45,322 nucleotides of DNA. Source: Nitrospira sp. Lineage in GTDB: Bacteria > Nitrospirota > Nitrospiria > Nitrospirales > Nitrospiraceae. Shown here in pieces: positions 30,398 to 39,106 of this stretch (the stretch's first letter is position 1; each line of letters begins with the position of its first letter). A program made the position numbers and the translations under genes. The notes under the pieces were generated by a model. It made no database searches and was not told where the DNA came from. It worked only from the letters and a program-made list of their open reading frames with translations. Location of the stretch: assembly GCA_035620635.1 (NCBI GenBank), contig DASPGL010000204.1, forward strand, positions 1 through 45,322, written 5' to 3'.

Positions 30398-31906
30398 ATG
30401 GGAATCGAGATTGCAATCACAGTCGCGCGGGAAGAAACCCGGGTGGCGGTCCTGGACGGCGGAACGGTCACCGACTTGTTCGGGGATCGCGCCAAACACA
30501 AGGACTTTGTCGGAAACATCTATAAAGGGCGAGTGGCGAAAGTCCTGCCGGGCATGCAAGCGGCGTTCGTCGATATCGGCCTGGAGAAGGCCGCCTTCAT
30601 GCACGTGTCCGATCTCTCAATGGACGCGGAGCCGGGCGATCTGCTGGTGGACGCAGAAGAGGACGAAAAGGATTCGGACATGCTGCGGCCGAAGCGCCAG
30701 AGTGCCAAGCCCATCGAGCAGCTCTTGAGCGAAGGCCAGGAATTGATGGTACAGATTTCGAAAGGGCCGATCGGTACCAAAGGATCGCGTGTCACGACCT
30801 ATGTCTCGCTGCCGGGGCGGTATCTGGTGTTCATGCCGAATGTCGAGCATATCGGCGTCTCCCGCCGGATTCCGCGTGACGAAGAACGGGCACGGCTCAA
30901 GGAAATCATGCGTCGCGTCCGCCGACCTGGCTGCGGCTATATCGTGCGCACCGTCAGTGAAGGTGTCAGGGAGGATGATCTCAAGTCCGACGTCGATTTT
31001 CTGCACGTCCTGTGGCAGGACATTCTTGCGAAGCGGGAACAGCTGGGCGCGCCGGCGCTACTTCACACCGACTTGAGCCTCAGCTTCCGGGTCGTCCGGG
31101 ACCTGTTCGGCAGGAAAGTGGACCGGCTCTGGATCGATTCACGGGGCGAGTATGAGGCACTGCGGGATTTCGTGCAGCGGTTTTCCCCCGAACAGACTTC
31201 GCGGATTCACTTTTACGACAAGGATGAGCCCCTCTTCGACCACCTCGGCGTCGAACAGGAAATCGTACGTGCGATGAGCCGGAAGGTGTGGCTGAAGTCG
31301 GGCGGGTATCTCGTGATCGATCACACGGAGGCGATGACGGTGATCGACGTGAATACAGGCCGGTTCGTCGGGAAACGGGATCAGGAGGAAACGATTCTCC
31401 GGAACAACCTGGAGGCTGCAAAAGAGGTGGCCTATCAGCTGAAATTGCGCGGGATCGGCGGTATCATTATCGTCGACTTCATCGACATGGAGCGCGAGAA
31501 GAATCGCGAAAAGGTGTACCAGGCGCTCGTCGATGCCATGGCGTCCGACAAGGCGCGAACCAGAATCTCGAGAATCTCGGATCTCGGGTTGATCGAAATC
31601 TCACGTGAACGGGTGCGCGAGGACCTGCTGCGGTCACTCTCCGAGCCGTGTCGCTACTGCGAGGGCCGCGGGTACACGAAGTCTCCGACGACCGTGGTCT
31701 ACGAGATCTTTCGCGAGATTCGCCGGATCAGCGCGTCGCCGGATCACCAGTGGATCGTCGTCGGGACCCATCCCACCGTGGCAGAGCTGCTGCAGGATGA
31801 AGAGCGCCACGGCGTGGAACTGTTGGAGCGGGACCATTCGGCGAAGATCATCGTCACGCCGGACGATCAGTTGCATCTCGAGCAATACGATCTCGTCGTC
31901 ATGTAG
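30398..31906 (+). CDS. rng: Rne/Rng-family ribonuclease (RNase G size)
   Basis: GNIYKGRV..VLPGMQAAFVDIG S1 domain, VIDVNTG, GGIIIVDFIDM, CRYC zinc link; no long scaffold domain; RBS AAGGAG. Confidence 0.92.
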   Translation: MGIEIAITVAREETRVAVLDGGTVTDLFGDRAKHKDFVGNIYKGRVAKVLPGMQAAFVDIGLEKAAFMHVSDLSMDAEPGDLLVDAEEDEKDSDMLRPKRQSAKPIEQLLSEGQELMVQISKGPIGTKGSRVTTYVSLPGRYLVFMPNVEHIGVSRRIPRDEERARLKEIMRRVRRPGCGYIVRTVSEGVREDDLKSDVDFLHVLWQDILAKREQLGAPALLHTDLSLSFRVVRDLFGRKVDRLWIDSRGEYEALRDFVQRFSPEQTSRIHFYDKDEPLFDHLGVEQEIVRAMSRKVWLKSGGYLVIDHTEAMTVIDVNTGRFVGKRDQEETILRNNLEAAKEVAYQLKLRGIGGIIIVDFIDMEREKNREKVYQALVDAMASDKARTRISRISDLGLIEISRERVREDLLRSLSEPCRYCEGRGYTKSPTTVVYEIFREIRRISASPDHQWIVVGTHPTVAELLQDEERHGVELLERDHSAKIIVTPDDQLHLEQYDLVVM

Positions 31907-31986
31907 CCTCGGGCCGCGTTCCCCGGCGCACGCGTTCGCTCCTCGGGCGATCCTCGCCGGCCGCCGTCTTTCCGCCGTCACAACGG

Positions 31987-33132
31987 ATGTCCGACGTGCC
32001 ATCGGTGTTTGTCATGGATGCGACCACGCTGACTTCCTGGTTGGTGCTCCAGACGATCGACGGAGTCGGTGACCGGACACTGCTGAAACTGATTCACCGG
32101 TTCGGCTCACCGGAAGCCGTGCAGAAAGCCGCGCGAGCCGAGCTGGTGAGGGCCGGGTGCAGTCCTGAACTGGCCGAATCCATCCGGCGAGGGCCTGAGC
32201 CGAAGCTTCGTCAGCAGATCGATCGACAGCTGAAGGTCATCGACCGACTCAAGATTCGCGTCCTCACGGTGTTCGACCAGACGTACCCCGCGCGGCTCAG
32301 GATGATTCCTGATCCGCCGCCCTTGCTGTACCTGAGCGGAACCGTTTCGGCTCAAGACGATGTGGCGGTGGCGATCGTGGGAGGGCGCCGGGCCACCTCG
32401 TCCGGACGCCTGATTACCGAGGAGATTGCCACGGCGCTGGCCAGAGCCGGCGTGACGATCGTAAGCGGGCTGGCGCGCGGGATCGACGCGGCGGCGCATC
32501 GGGGGGCCCTGGCTGGCAAGGGCCGGACGATCGCGGTGTTGGGCTGCGGGATCGATCGGACCTATCCACCCGAGCATGAGGCCTTGCGGCGAAGCATCGA
32601 AGCGCATGGAGCCGTGTTCTCAGAATTGCCGATCGGAGCCGCGCCGCAGAGTCATCATTTCCCGCGAAGAAACCGGATCATCAGCGGGCTGTCATTGGGC
32701 GTGCTGGTCAGCGAAGCGGCGGCCAACAGCGGATCGCTGATCACGGCTAAGCTGGCGTTGGAGCAGGGACGGGAGGTGTTTGCCGTGCCGGGTGCGGTAC
32801 GGGAGGAGGCCTGCCGGGGATCGAACGGTCTCATCAAGGAAGGTGCGAAGCTGATCGAAGACGCGCAGGACATCTTCGATGAAATCCTGCCCCAGGTGGA
32901 TGCTCGCCGCCGGGCGACGCTGTCGCTGGGCGGGGCGCAACCGGACTCGCGTAAGTCTCTGGCCGCAGAAGACGCTCTCGTGTATGACGCGCTGTCCTAT
33001 GAAGCGCGGTCCGTCGACACGGTGATCGCACGCACGGGACTGAGCGCCGCACAAGTGGCGGCCACCTTGCTTTCGCTCGAATTGTACGGCCGTGTCCGAC
33101 AGCTTCCGGGGCAGCAGTATATCCGCCTCTAA
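31987..33132 (+). CDS. dprA: DNA-processing protein DprA
   Basis: YPARL..IPDPP, VSGLARGID..AH, FPRRNRIISGLS, SGSLITA..ALEQGREVFAVPG, C-terminal winged helix; start may be 32014. Confidence 0.95.
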   Translation: MSDVPSVFVMDATTLTSWLVLQTIDGVGDRTLLKLIHRFGSPEAVQKAARAELVRAGCSPELAESIRRGPEPKLRQQIDRQLKVIDRLKIRVLTVFDQTYPARLRMIPDPPPLLYLSGTVSAQDDVAVAIVGGRRATSSGRLITEEIATALARAGVTIVSGLARGIDAAAHRGALAGKGRTIAVLGCGIDRTYPPEHEALRRSIEAHGAVFSELPIGAAPQSHHFPRRNRIISGLSLGVLVSEAAANSGSLITAKLALEQGREVFAVPGAVREEACRGSNGLIKEGAKLIEDAQDIFDEILPQVDARRRATLSLGGAQPDSRKSLAAEDALVYDALSYEARSVDTVIARTGLSAAQVAATLLSLELYGRVRQLPGQQYIRL

Positions 33133-33216
33133 TCCGTGGCATACGCCGTTCTAGTTGCAGGAATCTCGGATATTTGGTACGGATGATGGAACTATTCATG
33201 TTCAAACGGAGCGGCC

Positions 33217-35556
33217 ATGGCAAAGTCTCTGATCATCGTTGAGTCGCCGACGAAGGCGAAAACGATCACCAAATATTTGGGTCGCGGCTATACGGTCCTC
33301 GCCTCGGTCGGGCATGTGAAGGATCTGCCGACCAGCAAGCTGGGGGTCGATCTCGATCACGATTTCAAACCGCAGTATGTGACCATCAAAGGTAAGTCGA
33401 AGGTCCTGGCCGAAATCAAACAGAAGGCCAAAGAGGCCGACAAGATCTTCCTCGCGCCCGACCCCGATCGCGAGGGCGAGGCTATCGCCTGGCACATCGC
33501 GGAGGAGATCGGCGGAAAATCCAAGAAGAAGAAAGACGACCGGGTCTTTCGTGTACGGTTCAACGAAATCACCGAACGGGCCATCAAGCAGGCGCTGAAG
33601 TCGCCGGGCCAGATCGACATGAAGCTGGTGAATGCGCAGCAGGCGCGTCGCGTGCTGGACCGCATCGTGGGTTACCAGGGCAGTCAGCTGTTATGGAACA
33701 AGGTCCGGCGCGGCCTTTCGATGGGGCGGGTGCAATCGGTCGCCGTGCGGCTGATGTGCGAACGGGAGGCCGAACGCGAGGCGTTCCGTTCGGAGGAATA
33801 CTGGTCGGTCACCGCGCTTCTCGCCGGAGCGACCCCCCCTCCGTTCGAAGCCAAGCTTCACAGCATCGACGGCGAAGACGCGTCGATTACGACCGCGGCC
33901 GACGCGCAGAAAGTCGTGGGAGAAGTCCAGGGGAAGCCGTTCGTCGTGACCGCGATCGAACGGAAGGAAAAGAAGCGGAATCCTGTCGCGCCCTTCATCA
34001 CGAGCCGGCTGCAGCAGGAAGCTGCCCGCAAGCTGCACTTCACGCCCAAGAAAACCATGACCCTCGCGCAGCAACTGTACGAGGGCATCGAGATCGGCGC
34101 CGAGGGATCGACCGGCCTCATCACCTACATGCGGACCGACTCACCGAGAATTTCGCAGGAGGCGACGGCCGACGTGCGGCAGGTGATTGAGGAGCGGTTC
34201 GGCGCGGACTATCTTCCAGGAGCGCCGAACGTCTACAAGACCTCGAAGGCGGCGCAGGAGGCGCACGAAGCGATTCGTCCGACATCGGCGGCCCGTGATC
34301 CCGAATCCATCAGGCAGTATCTGGATCCCGATCAATACAATCTCTACAAGCTGATTTGGAACCGCTTCGTGGCGTCGCAGATGGTTCCGGCGATTCTCGA
34401 CGTCACCCGGGTCGAATCGAAGCCGTTGGATACGAAGCGGGCCTATCTGTTCCGCTCCAGCGGAACGGTGGTGAAATTCCCGGGCCACACGATCGTTTAT
34501 CTGGAGGGCGTCGACAAGGAACTCTTCGCGCAGAAGCCGAAACAGGAGGAAGAGGCCGACGACGCAGCTGAGCGGCAACTGCCCCCGCTGACGGAAGGTG
34601 AACGGTTGCGCCTGGTCGAACAGGCGGAGCAGACGGTGCCCGGCGTGACCGCGAAGCAGCATTTCACGCAGCCGCCGCCGCGCTACAACGAAGCGCTGCT
34701 GATCAAGGAGCTGGAAGAAAAGGGCATCGGCCGGCCCTCCACCTATGCGGCGATTATTTCCACGATTCAGGAACGCAAGTATGTCGAAAAGATCGAGGGG
34801 CGGTTCCAGCCGACCGAAACGGGCCGCACAGTCAACGATTTCCTCGTGAAGGGATTTCCGGACGTCGTCGACGTGGACTTCACTTCGCATCTGGAAGCGG
34901 AGCTGGACGAAGTCGAAGAAGGGAACAAGCCCTGGGTCGAGACCGTCCGAGACTTCTACAATCCGTTCACAGCGGACCTGGAGAAAGCCAAGACAATCCC
35001 CGGCCCCAAAGACACGGTCGAGCCGCCCACGGACATTCCCTGCGAGAAGTGCGGCCGGATGATGGAAATCAAGTGGGGGCGGAACGGAAAGTTCCTCGCC
35101 TGCCCCGGCTATAAGGATGATCCGCCCTGCAAGAACACGCAGAACTTCGAAAAGCTGCCGGACGGCACCATTAAAATCGTTCCCAAGCAGGAGATTACGA
35201 CGGATCAGGTCTGCGACAAATGCGGAAGCCCGATGGTCGTCAAGATCGGGCGATTCGGCAAGTTCATCGCCTGTTCGGCGTATCCGCAGTGCAAGACGAC
35301 CAAACCGTTGGCGCTCGGAGTCAAATGTCCGCAGCCTGGCTGCGGCGGCGATCTTGTACAGAAGCGGACGCGCAAAGGCCGCTCATTCTTCGCCTGCAGC
35401 AAATATCCGCAATGTGAATACGCGCTCTGGGATCGTCCGGTTCCGAAAACCTGCCCCACCTGCCAGGCGCCGTTCCTGGTCGAAAAAGTCAGCAAGCAGG
35501 ACGGACGGAGCGTCCAATGCCGCAATCAGGACTGCGGGTACCGCGAAGCCGGGTGA
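33217..35556 (+). CDS. topA: DNA topoisomerase I
   Basis: IVESPTKAKTI, DPDREGEAIAWH, GRVQS, catalytic ITYMRTDS, GIGRPSTYA, C-terminal C4 zinc ribbons. Confidence 0.98.
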   Translation: MAKSLIIVESPTKAKTITKYLGRGYTVLASVGHVKDLPTSKLGVDLDHDFKPQYVTIKGKSKVLAEIKQKAKEADKIFLAPDPDREGEAIAWHIAEEIGGKSKKKKDDRVFRVRFNEITERAIKQALKSPGQIDMKLVNAQQARRVLDRIVGYQGSQLLWNKVRRGLSMGRVQSVAVRLMCEREAEREAFRSEEYWSVTALLAGATPPPFEAKLHSIDGEDASITTAADAQKVVGEVQGKPFVVTAIERKEKKRNPVAPFITSRLQQEAARKLHFTPKKTMTLAQQLYEGIEIGAEGSTGLITYMRTDSPRISQEATADVRQVIEERFGADYLPGAPNVYKTSKAAQEAHEAIRPTSAARDPESIRQYLDPDQYNLYKLIWNRFVASQMVPAILDVTRVESKPLDTKRAYLFRSSGTVVKFPGHTIVYLEGVDKELFAQKPKQEEEADDAAERQLPPLTEGERLRLVEQAEQTVPGVTAKQHFTQPPPRYNEALLIKELEEKGIGRPSTYAAIISTIQERKYVEKIEGRFQPTETGRTVNDFLVKGFPDVVDVDFTSHLEAELDEVEEGNKPWVETVRDFYNPFTADLEKAKTIPGPKDTVEPPTDIPCEKCGRMMEIKWGRNGKFLACPGYKDDPPCKNTQNFEKLPDGTIKIVPKQEITTDQVCDKCGSPMVVKIGRFGKFIACSAYPQCKTTKPLALGVKCPQPGCGGDLVQKRTRKGRSFFACSKYPQCEYALWDRPVPKTCPTCQAPFLVEKVSKQDGRSVQCRNQDCGYREAG

Positions 35557-35747
35557 CAGGTTTGAGTCGTCCTCTTCCGCTCCAGTAACTCTTCAGCCGC
35601 CGATTGCGACAGGCCCCTCTTCGCTTTCAGCCTCAGTATGCTCCATGCGACAAGCCGTCGACGCAAGCCGGCTGAGCAACGCAATGTACGATTGCAAAGT
35701 GTGCCCTCATGTGGAGACAAAATCGGTCTGGACCGGAAGCTTTTCTG

Positions 35748-35993
35748 CTAGGCAGCTTTCCCTGACGCAGTCTTTGTTCGCACCAGGAAAGCGACATTGC
35801 AATCCAGGACATGCAGTCAGGAAAGGAATTGATCGACGGACTTGCAATAGTTGGTTTGATCGAGCAGACGATAGAACTGTGTAGCCGAGGTGCTGAGCCG
35901 CCGGACGATCTCGCGTTTCGACAGGGAACTCGCCTGCACTCGTTTCTGCGTCTCAATCGTCAATTTGTAGAGCGGCGAACCACGCAAGTAGCG
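35748..35993 (-). pseudogene. Decayed XRE/HTH-domain gene fragment (antitoxin/regulator-like)
   Basis: My minus-strand translation: RYLRGSPLYKLTIETQKRVQASSLSKREIVRRLSTSATQFYRLLDQTNYCKSVDQFLS*LHVLDCNVAFLVRTKTASGKAA*. It has an HTH pattern, an internal TGA (35817-35819) and no N-terminus. Confidence 0.6.
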
Positions 35994-36087
35994 GAGGGAA
36001 AGGTGTCGGGAATCGTTTTCTATTCCAGCTCGACGCCAGAGATTATGCGCAGCATGAGGTCTGGCGCTCAGACAAGAAATAACGTGA

Positions 36088-36282
36088 TCAGGTCAAGCCA
36101 TCCACGATGAGGCGCTCGATTTCGCTTACCCGGCGCAAGGTTCGGTCATTCCCATAAAAACGTGCCGCTTTCTGACCGATAGCGGTTGCCAGTTGAATGG
36201 CATCAGGCATGCTGAGGCGGTCGCGAGCGCGTAGTTCTGCCGCTCGATCCGCCAGGTTCATCGTGAGCGGTACTCCTTGCAC
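36088..36282 (-). pseudogene. C-terminal remnant of a PIN-domain (VapC-like) toxin
   Basis: LADRAAELRARDRLSMPDAIQLATA....FYGNDR matches the second half of PIN domains; the N-terminal D-x-N/S motif is missing. Confidence 0.72.
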
Positions 36283-36387
36283 TTTGGGGAGGTGTCAGCG
36301 GGTCGCCCCTTGTTTTCCGCGCCCCGTTCCCTTTACTCTCTCCTGTTTTCGTCGAAGGCTGCGAGAGCGGAAGGGATCACGTGCGCT

Positions 36388-37008
36388 ATGTTGCAGGCTG
36401 TTGCACTGAGTTGCACGCGTGGGGAACGCCGGTTGTTCTCCGATGTGAATGTCACAGTCAGGCCGGGTACGCTGTTGGCTGTGGTGGGGGAGAACGGCAG
36501 CGGGAAAACCAGCTTTGTCCGCATGCTCTGCACCTTCTTGCCACCCGAAGAGGGGGCGATCCTCTGGCAGGGACAGGATATCCGCCGGCTGAAGGAACAA
36601 TATTGCGCGCAGCTGACGTATATAGGACATCTCAACGGAGTCAAAGATGATCTGACTCCGATCGAAAACCTCACAGTCTCGGCCAGCGTCACCGGTGACC
36701 ACAGTTCCAGCGACCTGGTGCGGGAGGCCTTGGAGGCCGTTGGCCTCAAATGCCAGGTGCACCGCCTGCCGACGAGAGTGCTTTCGCAAGGGCAAAAACG
36801 CCGCGTGGCGCTGGCCCGCCTGTGGCTGTCTACCAGGCCGCTTTGGCTCCTGGACGAGCCCTTCACCTCATTAGACGCGGCGGCGACAGGTCTGGTGACC
36901 GAGCGCCTGCGGTCGCACCTGGAGCAGGGAGGCATGGCCGTGGTAGTTACCCACCAGGAGGTGGCGCTCCCCGCTGAGACCGTGCAGCGACTGAGGCTGA
37001 CCGGATGA
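36388..37008 (+). CDS. ccmA: Heme ABC exporter ATP-binding protein CcmA
   Basis: RGERRLF, GENGSGKT, LSQGQKRRVALARL, LLDEPF, VVTHQ. Confidence 0.95.
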   Translation: MLQAVALSCTRGERRLFSDVNVTVRPGTLLAVVGENGSGKTSFVRMLCTFLPPEEGAILWQGQDIRRLKEQYCAQLTYIGHLNGVKDDLTPIENLTVSASVTGDHSSSDLVREALEAVGLKCQVHRLPTRVLSQGQKRRVALARLWLSTRPLWLLDEPFTSLDAAATGLVTERLRSHLEQGGMAVVVTHQEVALPAETVQRLRLTG

Positions 37009-37688
37009 ACCAACCCGGCATGTGGGAGGCGTTGTGCGGGGTCGTCCGGCGGGACCTGCTACTGGCCATGCGGCGCCGCTCGGATGTGGCAATGTCGGTG
37101 TTCTTCCTGGTCATTGTCGCGAGCCTCTTTCCCCTGGGGGTCGGGCCGGAGCCGGCTGTGCTGAGAACAATCGCCGCCGGGGTGCTGTGGGTGGCGGCTC
37201 TTCTGGCCTGCCTGTTGTCGCTGGGGAGGGTGTTCACGGCCGATTATCTCGATGGGGTGCTGGAGCAGATGGTGCTGATCGCCCAGCCTCTGCCGGTTCT
37301 GGTCGTCGGAAAGGTGTTTGCGCACTGGGTGATCTCCGGTCTGCCGGTGGTGCTGCTCTCGCCCTTGCTGGGTCTGCAGTTCGGCCTGGAGGGAGAAGCG
37401 CTGGGAGTCCTGGTCTTGTCACTCTTGCTTGGGACGCCGACGTTGAGTATGATTGGAGCCATCGGTGCCGCGCTCGTACTCGGTGTGCGCGGGAGCGGGC
37501 TATTGGTCGCCCTCTTGGTACTTCCCCTCTATGTTCCGGTGCTGATCTTTGGAGCCGGCGCCGTCACGAGTAGTTTGGCGGGAGTCGGTGGCGAAGCCAA
37601 TCTGTCGTTACTCGGCGCTTGTCTTGCCTTGTCGCTGTTTTTTGCGCCCTGGGCCACGGCCGCGGCGTTGCGCATCGCGTTGGAGTAA
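37005..37688 (+). CDS. ccmB: Heme exporter membrane protein CcmB
   Basis: RRDLLLA.RR, LFPLGVGP, D..DG.LEQ, LLLGTP, LPLYVPVLIFG. Confidence 0.95.
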   Translation: MNQPGMWEALCGVVRRDLLLAMRRRSDVAMSVFFLVIVASLFPLGVGPEPAVLRTIAAGVLWVAALLACLLSLGRVFTADYLDGVLEQMVLIAQPLPVLVVGKVFAHWVISGLPVVLLSPLLGLQFGLEGEALGVLVLSLLLGTPTLSMIGAIGAALVLGVRGSGLLVALLVLPLYVPVLIFGAGAVTSSLAGVGGEANLSLLGACLALSLFFAPWATAAALRIALE

Positions 37689-37697
37689 CAGGATCTC

Positions 37698-38459
37698 ATG
37701 AGCTCCATGGGCATCAACTGGCTGAAGTACTCAGCACCGCAGGCGTTTTACCCGCTGGCCGGCAGCATGATCCCCTGGTTTTCTGCCGTGGCCGCCCTGG
37801 CCATCGCCGTCGGGCTCTATATCGGGCTCCTCGTCGCCCCGACCGATTTTCAGCAGGGGGATTCCTACCGCATTATCTTTGTCCATGTGCCGGCCGCCTG
37901 GATGTCCATGTTTCTCTACGTCGTGATGGCGGTCTGGGCTGGGGTGGGGTTGGGTCTCAACGCGCGCCTGTCGTTCATGATGGCTCAGGCCATCGCTCCC
38001 ACCGGAGCCATGTTCACCTTCCTTGCGCTGCTGACCGGGGCCATGTGGGGCAAGCCGACCTGGGGGGCTTGGTGGGTATGGGATGCCCGGCTGACGTCGG
38101 AATTGATTCTGCTGTTTCAGTATGCGGGGGTCATGTTGTTGCGTACGTCGATCGACGATCTGCGCCGCGCCGACCGGGCCAGCGGCGTGTTCGCGTTGGT
38201 CGGGGTGGTCAACGTCCCCATCATCTATTTTTCCGTGCGCTGGTGGAACACGTTGCACCAGGGCGCCTCGGTCAGTATGACGGCAGCGCCGAAAATGGCG
38301 GCGACGATGCTGACCGCGATGCTGCTGATGACCTTCGGCTTCTGGATGTACAGCATCGCCGTGGTGCTGACTCGCGCGCGATGCGTGATTCTGGAGCGTG
38401 AGCAGCTCCCAACCTGGAGCGAGCCATCCTCGGTGCCGGAAGTCGCGGAGGCGCGCTGA
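37698..38459 (+). CDS. ccmC: Heme chaperone-loading protein CcmC
   Basis: HVPAAW, WWD motif WGKPTWGAWWVWDARLTS, WWNTLHQ. Confidence 0.96.
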   Translation: MSSMGINWLKYSAPQAFYPLAGSMIPWFSAVAALAIAVGLYIGLLVAPTDFQQGDSYRIIFVHVPAAWMSMFLYVVMAVWAGVGLGLNARLSFMMAQAIAPTGAMFTFLALLTGAMWGKPTWGAWWVWDARLTSELILLFQYAGVMLLRTSIDDLRRADRASGVFALVGVVNVPIIYFSVRWWNTLHQGASVSMTAAPKMAATMLTAMLLMTFGFWMYSIAVVLTRARCVILEREQLPTWSEPSSVPEVAEAR

Positions 38460-38617
38460 TGTACTGGGGGAGCGTAGGTGAATTTCTGGCTATGGGAGGC
38501 TATGGCCTCTATGTCTGGACGTCGTTCATCGTTACCGCCTTCTGCATGGTCTGGGAAGTCCTCGCCCTGTGGCGCCGGCGCGCTGCTGCGGTCGCAGAAA
38601 ACCGCGGCATGTTGTAG
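38459..38617 (+). CDS. ccmD: Heme exporter protein CcmD (52 aa; not in the ORF track)
   Basis: MYWGSVGEFLAMGGYGLYVWTSFIVTAFCMVWEVLALWRRRAAAVAENRGML*; carries the F.AMGGY..YVW signature; TGATG overlap with ccmC. Confidence 0.93.
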   Translation: MYWGSVGEFLAMGGYGLYVWTSFIVTAFCMVWEVLALWRRRAAAVAENRGML

Positions 38618-38626
38618 GAGTACCGG

Positions 38627-39091
38627 ATGACAGCTCGACAGAAACGGTTCGCGTTCATCGGTCTGGGACTGTTGGTACTGGGGGTGGTCACCGTGTTGGT
38701 GTTGAATGCGTTTCAGAGCAATCTTGTTTTCTTTTTCACACCGACGCAGGTAGCGAACGGCGAGGTGCCCAAGGGGCGGAGCTTCCGCATCGGGGGAATG
38801 GTCGAAGACGGCAGTCTCAAACGCGAGGGCGACGGGCTCACCGTCCATTTCGTGGTGACAGACACAGCGAAGCGTGTGCCCGTGACGTACAAGGGGATTC
38901 TCCCGGACCTTTTCAAAGAGGGAAAAGGCGCTGTCGCGCAGGGACAGCTGGTCGCCGACGGCACGTTCGTCGCCAGCGAGGTGTTAGCGAAGCACGATGA
39001 AAACTACATGCCGCCTGAAGCGGCCGAGGCGATGGCCAAGGCCAAGGCCTCGGGGGCTCAGAGCAGCAACACATTGATCGTACAACCGTAG
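38627..39091 (+). CDS. ccmE: Heme chaperone CcmE
   Basis: [32 protein letters not shown] (HxxxY). Confidence 0.97.
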   Translation: MTARQKRFAFIGLGLLVLGVVTVLVLNAFQSNLVFFFTPTQVANGEVPKGRSFRIGGMVEDGSLKREGDGLTVHFVVTDTAKRVPVTYKGILPDLFKEGKGAVAQGQLVADGTFVASEVLAKHDENYMPPEAAEAMAKAKASGAQSSNTLIVQP

Positions 39092-39106
39092 TAGGATACC
39101 ACCTTT

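Noticed and set aside
35560-35720. Minus-strand LRLKAKRGLSQSAAEELL, a possible third HTH remnant
   Set aside because: Too short and weak to support without a database search.
35811-36110. 99-aa plus-strand ORF in the scar
   Set aside because: No motifs; the opposite strand gives the more protein-like HTH fragment.
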